From a virus (lineage: Duplodnaviria; Caudoviricetes), in the IMG/VR virus record IMGVR_UViG_3300033066_001173, positions 4,880 through 68,879 of that record: DNA of 64,000 nt. One strand, 5' to 3'. A program made the position numbers and the translations under genes. Below the pieces are notes generated by a model that was given only the letters and a program-made list of their open reading frames with translations, was not told the DNA's origin and ran no database searches. Positions 28,815-39,300 of this stretch are shown here, piece after piece. Numbering within the stretch: position 1 is the stretch's first letter; the number at the start of each line of letters is the position of its first letter.

Positions 28815-31800
28815 ATGTCTATTCAAGATAAAAAGATATTTACAAAGCTTGATCAGGATTCTGATTTTAGGGCCATGCAGCCGGGTAGCTATCGGTATGC
28901 TCTTTGTTGTAGAATAGGTACAACAGAAAAGGGCAACAAAGGAGCTGTTGAGAATGCAAAAGGATCTATTTTAATTGCCAATACACTTCCTTCCGGAGAC
29001 AATATAAATATAGGGGCCTTAGAAGATAAGAGAGGAAACAGTATAATTTTCTTCAACTACAATTCTTTAGGAGGTCATGGAATATACAGATACTTCCCAG
29101 ATACAGGAATAATCAACCCTGTTCTTGTGAATTCTGTTTTGAATTTCAACAAGGACTTTCTTATAACAAGCGCATCGTTAATCGACGATCTTTTGTACTG
29201 GACTGATAATTATAACTCGCCAAGAAAAATAAATATAGGAAAGGCAAATCGCATTGGAAAAAAGTTAAAAACTGAAGTATATTTTTCAAACAGGCAAATT
29301 GTAAATGGAAGAGACTATTCTATTGGATATGCTGTTTCTTATAGGCCTCCAGGATCTTTGCTTTTTTCTACTGAAACATTGCCATTCCCAATAACTCCAG
29401 GAAGGGGAAAGAGCGGCCAGCCAGCTCAAACATTGGCAGACGTGGCTCAGAAATTTGTAGAGCTATGGAATAACAATGCTGTTTTATCTTCGTTTTCTTT
29501 TGCTTCCTCGTGCGGTCAAAGTGCAACGATAGAAGCATTGGCTGAAAACGAAGAGACCATGTATGAAATATCGGTTTCGGTAAGCGAGGAATCAGAAGAA
29601 ATTGATTTGAATGCTATTGCTGATAATTATTATCCAACTCCATTTAAAGAAGAGTTTATAGAGAAAGTAAAATATCCTCTTGATTGTGAGCCTACAGTTG
29701 TTTGTCAGCAAGATTTAAGCAGAAAGATAAATCTTATTCAGAATAAGGTATTTCAATTTAGGGTTCAATTGATTTATGATGATTACGAAAAAAGTGCGCT
29801 GAGTCCAATTAGTGCAATAGCCTCTATTCCTGTTTTTTGTGGAGATACGGAAACCCAAACAACATTTAATTATATAAGCGTAGGATTTAATACCGACAGA
29901 TTTCAGGATGCAGGATCTCTTTCTATAATAAGAGAGGTTATTATTATGGTAAGGGAAGGAAATTTGGGCAAGTTTAAATACGTAACCTCATTAACCAAAG
30001 AAGAGTTTTTGGCAAATGAAAATAGTTATAATTTTTATAACGACGGATTTTATACAGAAATAGCGGATTCGCTTTCTAATAAAAACTATGATTCGGTTCC
30101 GCTTTTGGCTAAGTCTCAGGCAATAGGAGATAATCGATCCTTTGATGCTGGAATCACAGAAGGATACGATCCGGTTTGTGTGGATTCTAAATTGTCAGTA
30201 TCTTATTCCAGCAGTGTTTCTAATAAAGCGTACACTATCAATGGAAGGCTGTATATAAAAAACTTGTTTGCAAATAGCAGCAGTTTTGCGAACTGCCAAA
30301 TAGTTATTTCATACGATAGTGGAACAACTTTTGGCTGGGGGGGTGTTGGCCCATTGAACGCATTTAACGATGCGGTATGGTCTAATTACGACGACTATAA
30401 GCAAACATTTGGACTTAAAGACCCTTCAACTGGTGAGACTCTTAGGGGGTTTACGGTTTATTTGGCAGGTACAAATTTTAGGGCTACTTCGGTTCAGGGT
30501 AATGGAGTAGATACTTTTTCGTACTATCCATTTCCAACAGGGGGTGGGAGCTCTGAAAAGGCGAAAAGAAGGCTTGCATCAAAAGCTATCAGCGATAATT
30601 CCCCTTTTTCTAATTACTCCATACAAGGAGTTCCTCCGGGGAAGTACATACTTAGGGTTGCCAGCCATTTGGTTACACAGGCGCAATTAGATTCCGGAAA
30701 CCTTGATTGGCAGAAGACTAGCACAAACGTACTCGCAGTTGGTGGCGTTAATGGATTTGAGTGTGAGTTAGAAGTCATGGATGATGGAAAAATAAAAATA
30801 GGCTCTACGACTTATAGCAAAGATTCTGATATAGGAGATACGGCAATCGCTGATTTAACAAACAATAATCTTATTCAGCCTGGCAATATTCTTATTCAGC
30901 CCAGAACACTTGGGCTTTGCGGATATATGTGTGATAGCGATACGTCAAATACGGGAACTGACGTATTAAATGACACTAGAATAGAATTGGCCGATATAAA
31001 TGTTCCGATAATACAGAATCCGTATAATTCATTAATTAATTTTTACGGAATATCTAGCATGGCTTTTGGGTCTATAAAAACAGATCACAACGGGTATTTC
31101 TTTTATTGTATGAGAAAGGATTATATTCTGTTGCAGCCAGGACAAGAGCTTAAAATAAATTACATTAGAATTGGGGCGTTTAATTCTACAGGATTCGGAT
31201 CTCTTGATATAAATGGATCTGCATGGACATGGCCAAAGGCGATTGGATTTACCGGGACAAAAATTGGAATATTTAGAAATGTAAATAGTTCCATAAAGCT
31301 GTATTCTAGAACCAAGATAAATGGGACTGTTGAGTCTGGCGGACTTGGAGTTAAAAATGTGTCTGTTATTTCTACCAGAGGGAAGGTTGCTTCAACAGAT
31401 TCTAATGGAGATTTCTCCATGTATATTTATGCTGATGGAGCAGGAAGAAAAGACTATTTAATTTATAATTTACAGGACGCATGTGTTGGATCATTTTCTC
31501 CGAACAGGGATTATTATGATATAGCTATTGGATCTCCTGGATCTGCTCAAGCTAATTTTAATTCTCCATACTCTGGCTCTCAATATAATACAGCCAATCC
31601 GGATAACGAGCTTCTTGTAAGAACTTCAACTCTCGTTATAACCAGCCAGGGATCATTTGATACTCTTAAGAGAGGTGGAAAATACAGGTATGGTAAAATT
31701 TATTTGGATCAGGCGAATAGAAGTACTTCTGTTAATACAATTGACGCACTTAATTTATATATCCCATTTTATACTCAGGAAGGAGATGGGTATAAAAAAG

Positions 31801-33788
31801 GAATGGCCTCTGTTTCTTGGAGTACATTTAGTCTTCCTCCGGACTGGGCTACTCACTGGATGTGGTGCAGGACATTGAATGGGAATCAAGAAAAATATTT
31901 ACAATGGGGTGCGAAATCAATTGCCTATACAGATAGTTATGGAAATCCTGTTATAAGGGACGATGCTAAATTAATTGAAATTGACATTACAAATATTACA
32001 GAATACAAAACACAAAATGCGGATTCTTTGGTGTCGTACACATTTGAAGATGGAGATAGGATAGCATTTATAAAGGATAGTTCAGGGGCTTATTATGACG
32101 AGTATTTTGATTTTAAGATTAAAGGAACGAAGTCGGATAATCCTTTAATATTAATAATAGAAAACATCCTCGCCCTTCCTAATATAGGGCCGGGTGTTCT
32201 GTTCGAAATTTACAGATCAAATAAAACCAAGGATGTTGAGGTGTTCTATGAAATCAATGAATGCTATCCAGTTTTATTAAACAAGTCTTCGGTAAAGGTT
32301 CACGGAGGGCAGATTAATCAGGAGTATTGGGAATTTGATACTAATTATTGGAATCCAACCCCTGGGCCTACTAATGGATATTGTGGTTTTGTTGGAACAA
32401 AAGAGCATGATTTTCATGTTGGAGACACAGTGCAGATATCTCAAGACCCAGGATTTGATAATGAGACATTTAATGGGCTTCACACGATAATAGAGGTATC
32501 GTCAAAAAAAATAGTTATAAACGTTTTACATGGCGCCACGGGGCCTAATCCTGGAAAAGCGATAAGGCCGTCATCCGGAGTATTTAAAAATGGAGATGCG
32601 TGGAATAGAAACAGATCCATTCCTATAACCTCATCTACAAATTCAACCACTTTAATAGAAGACCAGTCTATCTCTGATTTTTATGAATCAGAGTCAATTT
32701 CTATAGGAAGGGTTAATGTTGTTGACAATACCTTCGGAAGACTGTATAGGCCGTCTACTTTTAGATTTTCAAACAACTATATATCTGGAACAAAAATAAA
32801 TGGACTAAGCACCTACGAGCCTTTAAATGAAAAAGTTTTACCGGTTGATTATGGGCTTATTAATAGTATATTGTTTATAAAAGCATACCTTATTTCAATT
32901 CACGAAAACAGTGAAATTATAAGCATAGAGGTTGGTAGAAATACGTTAAGGGACGCAGGAGGAACTCCTCAGTTAGTGGCGATAGCAAACCAGGTCGTGT
33001 CATCTGACTATGAATATCAAGGAAGCCTAGGCACCCAGCATCCAGAATCGATTGTTGTAGACGACAACGATGATATATTCGGAATCGATGTTAGTAAGGG
33101 TGTTGTGTGGAAAAGGACTGGGCAAGGAGTTGTACCTATTTCAGAGATTGATAATAAAAACTATTTCCGAAATAAGTGTAATGACATAAAGGGTCTTGGT
33201 CATAAAATAAAAATACCGGCAGTTTATGACAGAGGATTTAATCAATATTTATTAACATTTAGCGAGTCAAATCCAGAGACAATAGCATTTAATTCTGCGG
33301 AGAATGTTTGGGAAGGCTATTGGCCATTTATACCAGAGTTTTATGGCAGAGGAAGAAACAATGAAGTCGTTTCTTTTTTAAATGGACAGCTATGGAGGCA
33401 TAATATTAATCCTGTTTACAACAATTTCTATGGAGTCCAATACACTCAAAAGATAAATCCGGTATTCAATTTGTCTGGAAGTATAATGAAGTTGTTTATA
33501 AATGTCAGCGTTGAGGCTTCGGATATTTGGTCGATGCCGGCTATAAGAACACTAGAGGGACAGCTGAGCGAGCTTTCGAAGTCAGACTTTACTAAAATAC
33601 AAAATGTGTTTTATGCGGATTTATTGAGGGATAAGAATACTCCGAATGTTAGCGATCCATTGATATTTGGAGATGATCTTATAAGTAGCGTTCTTGATGT
33701 AACAATGGAGAATGACTCCACTAATTTGTCGGTGTTATTTGCGACTAATGCGTACTTTATACAATCAGAAAAAACAAACAGAACATGA
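28815..33788 (+). CDS. Large tail stabilisation / muzzle-like protein
   Basis: About 1657 aa; LDQDSDFRAMQPGSYRYALC, LYWTDNYNSPRKINI, GSLGTQHPESIV, beta-propeller-like repeats. Confidence 0.7.
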   Translation: MSIQDKKIFTKLDQDSDFRAMQPGSYRYALCCRIGTTEKGNKGAVENAKGSILIANTLPSGDNINIGALEDKRGNSIIFFNYNSLGGHGIYRYFPDTGIINPVLVNSVLNFNKDFLITSASLIDDLLYWTDNYNSPRKINIGKANRIGKKLKTEVYFSNRQIVNGRDYSIGYAVSYRPPGSLLFSTETLPFPITPGRGKSGQPAQTLADVAQKFVELWNNNAVLSSFSFASSCGQSATIEALAENEETMYEISVSVSEESEEIDLNAIADNYYPTPFKEEFIEKVKYPLDCEPTVVCQQDLSRKINLIQNKVFQFRVQLIYDDYEKSALSPISAIASIPVFCGDTETQTTFNYISVGFNTDRFQDAGSLSIIREVIIMVREGNLGKFKYVTSLTKEEFLANENSYNFYNDGFYTEIADSLSNKNYDSVPLLAKSQAIGDNRSFDAGITEGYDPVCVDSKLSVSYSSSVSNKAYTINGRLYIKNLFANSSSFANCQIVISYDSGTTFGWGGVGPLNAFNDAVWSNYDDYKQTFGLKDPSTGETLRGFTVYLAGTNFRATSVQGNGVDTFSYYPFPTGGGSSEKAKRRLASKAISDNSPFSNYSIQGVPPGKYILRVASHLVTQAQLDSGNLDWQKTSTNVLAVGGVNGFECELEVMDDGKIKIGSTTYSKDSDIGDTAIADLTNNNLIQPGNILIQPRTLGLCGYMCDSDTSNTGTDVLNDTRIELADINVPIIQNPYNSLINFYGISSMAFGSIKTDHNGYFFYCMRKDYILLQPGQELKINYIRIGAFNSTGFGSLDINGSAWTWPKAIGFTGTKIGIFRNVNSSIKLYSRTKINGTVESGGLGVKNVSVISTRGKVASTDSNGDFSMYIYADGAGRKDYLIYNLQDACVGSFSPNRDYYDIAIGSPGSAQANFNSPYSGSQYNTANPDNELLVRTSTLVITSQGSFDTLKRGGKYRYGKIYLDQANRSTSVNTIDALNLYIPFYTQEGDGYKKGMASVSWSTFSLPPDWATHWMWCRTLNGNQEKYLQWGAKSIAYTDSYGNPVIRDDAKLIEIDITNITEYKTQNADSLVSYTFEDGDRIAFIKDSSGAYYDEYFDFKIKGTKSDNPLILIIENILALPNIGPGVLFEIYRSNKTKDVEVFYEINECYPVLLNKSSVKVHGGQINQEYWEFDTNYWNPTPGPTNGYCGFVGTKEHDFHVGDTVQISQDPGFDNETFNGLHTIIEVSSKKIVINVLHGATGPNPGKAIRPSSGVFKNGDAWNRNRSIPITSSTNSTTLIEDQSISDFYESESISIGRVNVVDNTFGRLYRPSTFRFSNNYISGTKINGLSTYEPLNEKVLPVDYGLINSILFIKAYLISIHENSEIISIEVGRNTLRDAGGTPQLVAIANQVVSSDYEYQGSLGTQHPESIVVDDNDDIFGIDVSKGVVWKRTGQGVVPISEIDNKNYFRNKCNDIKGLGHKIKIPAVYDRGFNQYLLTFSESNPETIAFNSAENVWEGYWPFIPEFYGRGRNNEVVSFLNGQLWRHNINPVYNNFYGVQYTQKINPVFNLSGSIMKLFINVSVEASDIWSMPAIRTLEGQLSELSKSDFTKIQNVFYADLLRDKNTPNVSDPLIFGDDLISSVLDVTMENDSTNLSVLFATNAYFIQSEKTNRT

Positions 33789-34072
33789 TCGAAAAAAATA
33801 TTTTATTTTTCCTTGGAACAATAGGGCTTACTCTTTTGATAGTTAAGTCGAAATTATTCATATCATTAAGATCCAATGTAACATTGTGGCATGATAAAAA
33901 AAGGTGGAAGATATTGTGGTTCTTTGATTCGATATTAAATTGTCCAATGTGCTTTTCGGTTTGGGGTGCTATTCCTTGTTATTTATTGAATTATTATGGG
34001 TACAATGTCGTTCTTTATATACTTTCTGCGGTAGCGGCAACGTCTTTATATTTTAGTGTATGGAAGAGATAA
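33785..34072 (+). CDS. DUF1360-like small membrane protein
   Basis: ILNCPMCFSVW motif between hydrophobic helices. Confidence 0.65.
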   Translation: MIEKNILFFLGTIGLTLLIVKSKLFISLRSNVTLWHDKKRWKILWFFDSILNCPMCFSVWGAIPCYLLNYYGYNVVLYILSAVAATSLYFSVWKR

Positions 34073-34383
34073 AGTTTAATTGCTCTGGATGCGGAGCATG
34101 CTGTAGAAGGGTTGGGACGGTGATTCATAAGTTTAAAGAAATGGGATTCCCTTATGATGTAAAAGAAAATGGGGAATGCGAAATGTTAAAAGACGGTAAA
34201 TGCAAGGTGTATAATAACAGGCCGGAAGTTTGCAATGTTGAAAAGATGTATGAGAAAAATTGGAGGCACTTAGGTATAGAAAAAAAAGTGATATATTTGC
34301 GAGAATCGGAGATATGTAATGCTTGGATAAAAGAGGACAAGATGGATGAAAAATATTTAATCAATCTTAATAGTTATAAGTAA
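34060..34383 (+). CDS. YkgJ-family (CxxCxxCC) putative Fe-S/Zn protein
   Basis: FNCSGCGACC...CEML..GKCKVYNNRPEVC. Confidence 0.85.
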   Translation: MEEIKFNCSGCGACCRRVGTVIHKFKEMGFPYDVKENGECEMLKDGKCKVYNNRPEVCNVEKMYEKNWRHLGIEKKVIYLRESEICNAWIKEDKMDEKYLINLNSYK

Positions 34384-34985
34384 TGGATCCATTGACAGCC
34401 ATAGCATTAGCCGACACGGCTTATAAAGTAGGAACAGGAATTAAGCAAGGAATACAGGCGAATAGGCTAAAGAAAAATCTTGGAGAGAGGCCGGTATATA
34501 CTCCTCCTTCTGCGGCTCAGATGGCATTAGAAAATGCTAGGTCAAGAGCGAGTCAAACTAGATTTCCTGGACAGGCTGTTGCTGAAGAAAGACTTGGTGC
34601 CGCATCTTCTAATGCATATAGGATGGCGCAAGAGGGCGCAAATTCTTCTGCTGGATTGCTAGCTGCAACATCTGCTATTAATGCGAATCAGGTTGCCGGA
34701 GAGCAGGATTTGTCAACTAAGGCATCAGAATACCAGCAAGCCAATCAAGACAAATACAATCAAGCTTTAATGAGCTACGCTTCTTATGAAGACAATGCGT
34801 TTAAGTACAATCAAGCTGATCCTTATGAGAGCTCTCTTAATACGATCAATAATTTAAAGACAGCTTCTCAGGCAAATATATCAGGCGCAACTTCTGGTGC
34901 CGCATCCATAGCCTCTAGCCAAGCTGGAAATGATGATGAAATAGAGAAATTAAAGAATAGAATACTAGCACTTCAGTCTAAATGA
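34383..34985 (+). CDS. Putative ejected cargo protein 1
   Basis: MDPLTAIAL N-terminus; Ala/Gln-rich helical sequence typical of podovirus internal proteins. Confidence 0.6.
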   Translation: MDPLTAIALADTAYKVGTGIKQGIQANRLKKNLGERPVYTPPSAAQMALENARSRASQTRFPGQAVAEERLGAASSNAYRMAQEGANSSAGLLAATSAINANQVAGEQDLSTKASEYQQANQDKYNQALMSYASYEDNAFKYNQADPYESSLNTINNLKTASQANISGATSGAASIASSQAGNDDEIEKLKNRILALQSK

Positions 34986-36373
34986 ATCCAGTAGCACTAA
35001 AATCTGGCCAAGGAGATGCATATATTTTTGATGCGCCCAAGAATGATGTGTACGACTATCTTAATGCCCAAACCCAAGAGCGAAAAAAACTTGCTGCAAT
35101 GCAGGAGAAAGAAAGGGCATTACAAGAAAAGTCTAGGCTAGAAGATTTAGAGGACTTGGATAAACTCGCTATAACTGGAGATGTTGAAGCAGCAGATTAC
35201 TTATCGAAGCAAGTTGCCGATATGAGAGAAGAGGGTGCTAAATATTTGTCGGAAACAAAATTTTCCGGGAATCTAAAGAATAAGCTGTACCCTAAGATTC
35301 AGGAGTATAAGAAAAAAGCTTTATTTGCAGAGGACCTTCAAAAGGATAAAATGGCAAAAGCCGAACTTATTAATAAGAATGGAGATAAGATTAGTGATGA
35401 TCAGAAGCAGGAGTATAAAGCATTCTTGGCTCTTCCATTTGAACAACAATATACTTACGTTCTAAAGAACGGAAAGATTCCGCAGTTAGGATATAAGCCA
35501 GATGCTGTTAATTACGAAACTGATTTATACAATATAGGTTCAAGAAGTAAAGTAAAGAATCCTTATTCTGGAGACGAGCAGTGGGATTCAGCATCTGTTA
35601 AATACAATGCAAGTAATTTTGTTAATTCGGGATTAAAGGCAGACGGATCAAATCCAAAAGCAGAGAAGTTTTTAAGGGACGTGCAGATTGATTTTGATAA
35701 TGATCCCACATCTAGAAACCTTCCGGAAGATCAGAAGGCTGAAGTATTTAAGCAAAAGGCTATCGATGAGGCTATATTCCACATTACAAAATCACATTCA
35801 CTAGAAAAAGGGCGAGTAGAAGAAGATAAAGAAGACAAAATTGCCGCAAGGGCGAGATATGCTGTTGACGGAAATAGGTTCTCTAATAATAAGTGGAGCT
35901 TTGTTAATGAAGGAAATGGGGTTGTAAGGGTTAGTGATTTGAGAGGTGCCGGAGAAAACAAGCCAATGAAATTTATTTATTCCGGAGTTCCTAAGAGGGA
36001 CAAGGAAGGAAAGGTTGTGAAGGACGAATCTGGAAATATTGTTCATAAAACCTCGGAAGAGGTATATGGTATTCCAATAAGCATTGATTATAAAAATGGA
36101 GTTGTTTCTGTTTCGGTTACAGAAAAAAAAGGAGACAAACAAATATCGACAATTGAGAAGATACCAATTAGTGCGGCAAAATCAACTATAGAGGGAGAGT
36201 CGTTGACTTCTTTAGAGGAGGTTAAGAATGCTTTTGGTGTGAAAACTTTGAGGGAAGAGAAGGAAGGAAAGCCTTCTGATTCTAAAATAAAGGAAGCTCC
36301 GCATGGACAGATTGTTTCTCAAGGTGGCAAAAAATATAAGTGGAACGGAGCAGAATATAAAGAAATTAAGTAA
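34982..36373 (+). CDS. Putative ejected cargo protein 2
   Basis: 463 aa, charged and helical; C-terminus GQIVSQGGKKYKWNG. Confidence 0.55.
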   Translation: MNPVALKSGQGDAYIFDAPKNDVYDYLNAQTQERKKLAAMQEKERALQEKSRLEDLEDLDKLAITGDVEAADYLSKQVADMREEGAKYLSETKFSGNLKNKLYPKIQEYKKKALFAEDLQKDKMAKAELINKNGDKISDDQKQEYKAFLALPFEQQYTYVLKNGKIPQLGYKPDAVNYETDLYNIGSRSKVKNPYSGDEQWDSASVKYNASNFVNSGLKADGSNPKAEKFLRDVQIDFDNDPTSRNLPEDQKAEVFKQKAIDEAIFHITKSHSLEKGRVEEDKEDKIAARARYAVDGNRFSNNKWSFVNEGNGVVRVSDLRGAGENKPMKFIYSGVPKRDKEGKVVKDESGNIVHKTSEEVYGIPISIDYKNGVVSVSVTEKKGDKQISTIEKIPISAAKSTIEGESLTSLEEVKNAFGVKTLREEKEGKPSDSKIKEAPHGQIVSQGGKKYKWNGAEYKEIK

Positions 36374-39300
36374 TGTCATTCGACCCTAACAAACCATTTG
36401 ATGTATTAGAAGATAGCTCTTCGTTCGATCCCTCTAAGCCATTTGATGTATTAGATGAAGGGGTAAAAAAAAAAGAACAAGAAGTTCCATTTTTGAATAC
36501 GCCATTAATAAAATCAAAGGAGTCTGCCTATCAGCCAGACGAATTAGGATTAGAAGCCCCTTCTATTTCAAATAAGCCGTTTGAGTTTAAATTTGGAGAG
36601 CCGTCAGAGGTTTCTTCTCCTAAATCAGTTACTACATTATCCGGGGCCGTTCAAACTTCTCCGGGATATAAGCCAACTCCAATAACCGAAAAGGAGTTAA
36701 AGGATCTTGAGAAGATAGGAATTTATAATGAAGGAATTTTAAATAAAGAAAAACAAAAGCTTTCTCAGTTATATCAAAACTCAAGCAAGAGCTATAAGAA
36801 TACCCTTAATGATTTTAATGTAAAAATCAGGGACTTAAATAAGGATATTTCCGAATCGGAGTTCATTAAAAATTCAGATCCTACTTTTGAGCAAAACCCC
36901 AACTATATTGATCTTCAAAAACAGATAGAAGAAAAATCAAAATCGATAGAGCCGGTTAAGAAAAATCTTGATTCGTGGTACAGTCTTAATTCAAATACAG
37001 AAAAAAGCCTTAGTGATATTGAGCAGAAGCTAAATAAAATAACCACTAAAGAAACTGATTTAGTAGAAGGAATTGGGAAGACGTTTGTGAAGGCAACTTC
37101 TGATTTCTATAGAACACTTGACGGATATTCCAGGTTATTGTCGGATGTTACGGGACTTCCAAAGTCGGATTACTTTAAAAAGGTAGTGGAGGCAAATGAT
37201 AAATACGCAGACACGAATCTAAAGGATCTTCCGGACAATGTAGGAGGAGATATCGTAGGAGGTGTTGTTGGTATGGCTCCATTAATTGCAGAGACATTGC
37301 TTCCTATAAAAGTAAAGGGATTTGGAGGTGCTACGATTTCACATCCTGTATCTACAGCATTGTCATTTAATGATTTTGGTAAAAAATATTCTGAAACAGG
37401 TAGTTTATCTCAGGCATCGGATGCTGCGCTAGAAGGATACAAAGAAGGCTGGAAGCTTCATGCAATGGGGTATGTTGGAGGAAAGGCGGGGGAGGCCGTT
37501 GGAAAGGTAACAGATAAATTGACTGGAACATTGGCTGGAATGGTTGCCTCTGGAGGAATATTTGGATCTGACGAGGCATTAAGGGAGTACTTAGCGACCA
37601 AAAAGATTGATGCAAGAAAAGTAGCTGCTGCAGCAGGAATGGGTATTGCTTTCGAATTACCAAAACTCGCAGAAGCAAATTATACAAAAGCCGTTGATAA
37701 AACATTTAGCTCTTCTCCGGAAGCTATTGAAAGTGCAAATGCTATCAATCAAACTCCTCAAGAGTTGAGAGAGAAGGCAGCAGAGATGATGAAGCAAGCC
37801 TCCGAGACAGACAACAAAGACCATCAGCAACAATTAATATTAACAGCAAAAACATTAGATGCCGCTGCCGATATAAAGGTAATTACAAGCGATATAGTTG
37901 ATGATCCTTCCTTAGTAATAAAAAAGATAGAAGAGTCAGGGATTACTCCGGAAGAAAAGTCGGAGTCTATCGACAAGGTAAATAGAATTGTTGCAGATAA
38001 TGATCCAGCTGTTAAGGAAACTCAGCCTATAAGAGATGAAATAACGGATGTTAAGTCTCAGTTAAAGACAATAAACGACAATCCCTATTTAGACTCTCAG
38101 GTGAAAATTGCGCAGTCGGAGCCGTTGAATAAAAAGTTAAATGAATTAAATAGTAATTTAAACAAACAAGTTCAAAATGTCGATGCCAGTAAAACCAAAG
38201 AAGCCGAAGAGGCCGTGCGGGTGTTAACTCCTCGTGCACAAGAAGTACTAGACAACTCCCTGAAAGAGTTTGAATCCTCTGGCGAGGAAAGAAAAGTAGA
38301 GTTAATCAACAAGGTTAAGTCTGAATTAGAAAAAAATGATCAGGGAATAGAAAGGATAGGAATGGGATTGGATGCCGATATGGTGTCAGCCGGAAAAGAA
38401 TTTATATCTCAAGTAGAAAAATTAAAACCAATAGAAGATGCCATTCGCAAGCGAATCTCAGAGGAAATTCCTTTGGGCGAAACACCCGGAGATAGCACAG
38501 AGGTGGTCGGACGAGTATCCGAATCAAAAGAACTTACCAAAGAAGGTGAAAAAGATCCTGTCATCCAAGAAAAAGAAAACTTCTTAAGGAAAGCAGCAGA
38601 TTTACTAGAAAAGGGAAAGCTTGGGGATATAACTATGTCTGGCGTCCCCTTTTTTAAGGAGACCTGGAATGGAGCTATCGACATAACTGCTGCTGCTTTG
38701 AGGGCAGGTGCTGATGTCGGAGATGCTTTAGTAAAAGGACTGGAGTACATTAAAAATAGCGATTGGTATAAGGGGCTAGATGAAAAATTAAAGGCAAGAG
38801 CAGAGGATAGATTTAAAAAACATTGGGATGAATCAACTCGTGAACTTCCAAAAGGAATTATAGAGACAATAAAGTCGTCTGAAAAAACATCAGAAGGATT
38901 AAAGAAGAAAGTTGCTGAATTAGATGAATTTTATAAAGTTCTTACTAATAAAGAGGCGATTGAAAAATCGGACAAGAGAATAGAAAAAGATCCATACAAG
39001 GCAAAGGAGGAGGTGTTGTCAAACTCTACTCCAGACGCTATAAAGTCTGTAATGGCCATTAGGCTAATAAAACATTTTGAGGCTACTAAGGATTACGATT
39101 CTGCGCTAGAGTTGATAGATAATTATGATAAGCAGCTAAGGGAGGCCGGTAGATTTATTCAAGCGGCTTCTTTGTGGAATAAAATGGACCCTGCTACTGT
39201 TGTTCGATTCGCAACTAAGGAAGCAACAAAGTTAGGGAAAGAGCTTCCAAAGGAAGTGCAAAAAACCATCCTTGTTAAGATGGAGGAAATTGGAAAGATG

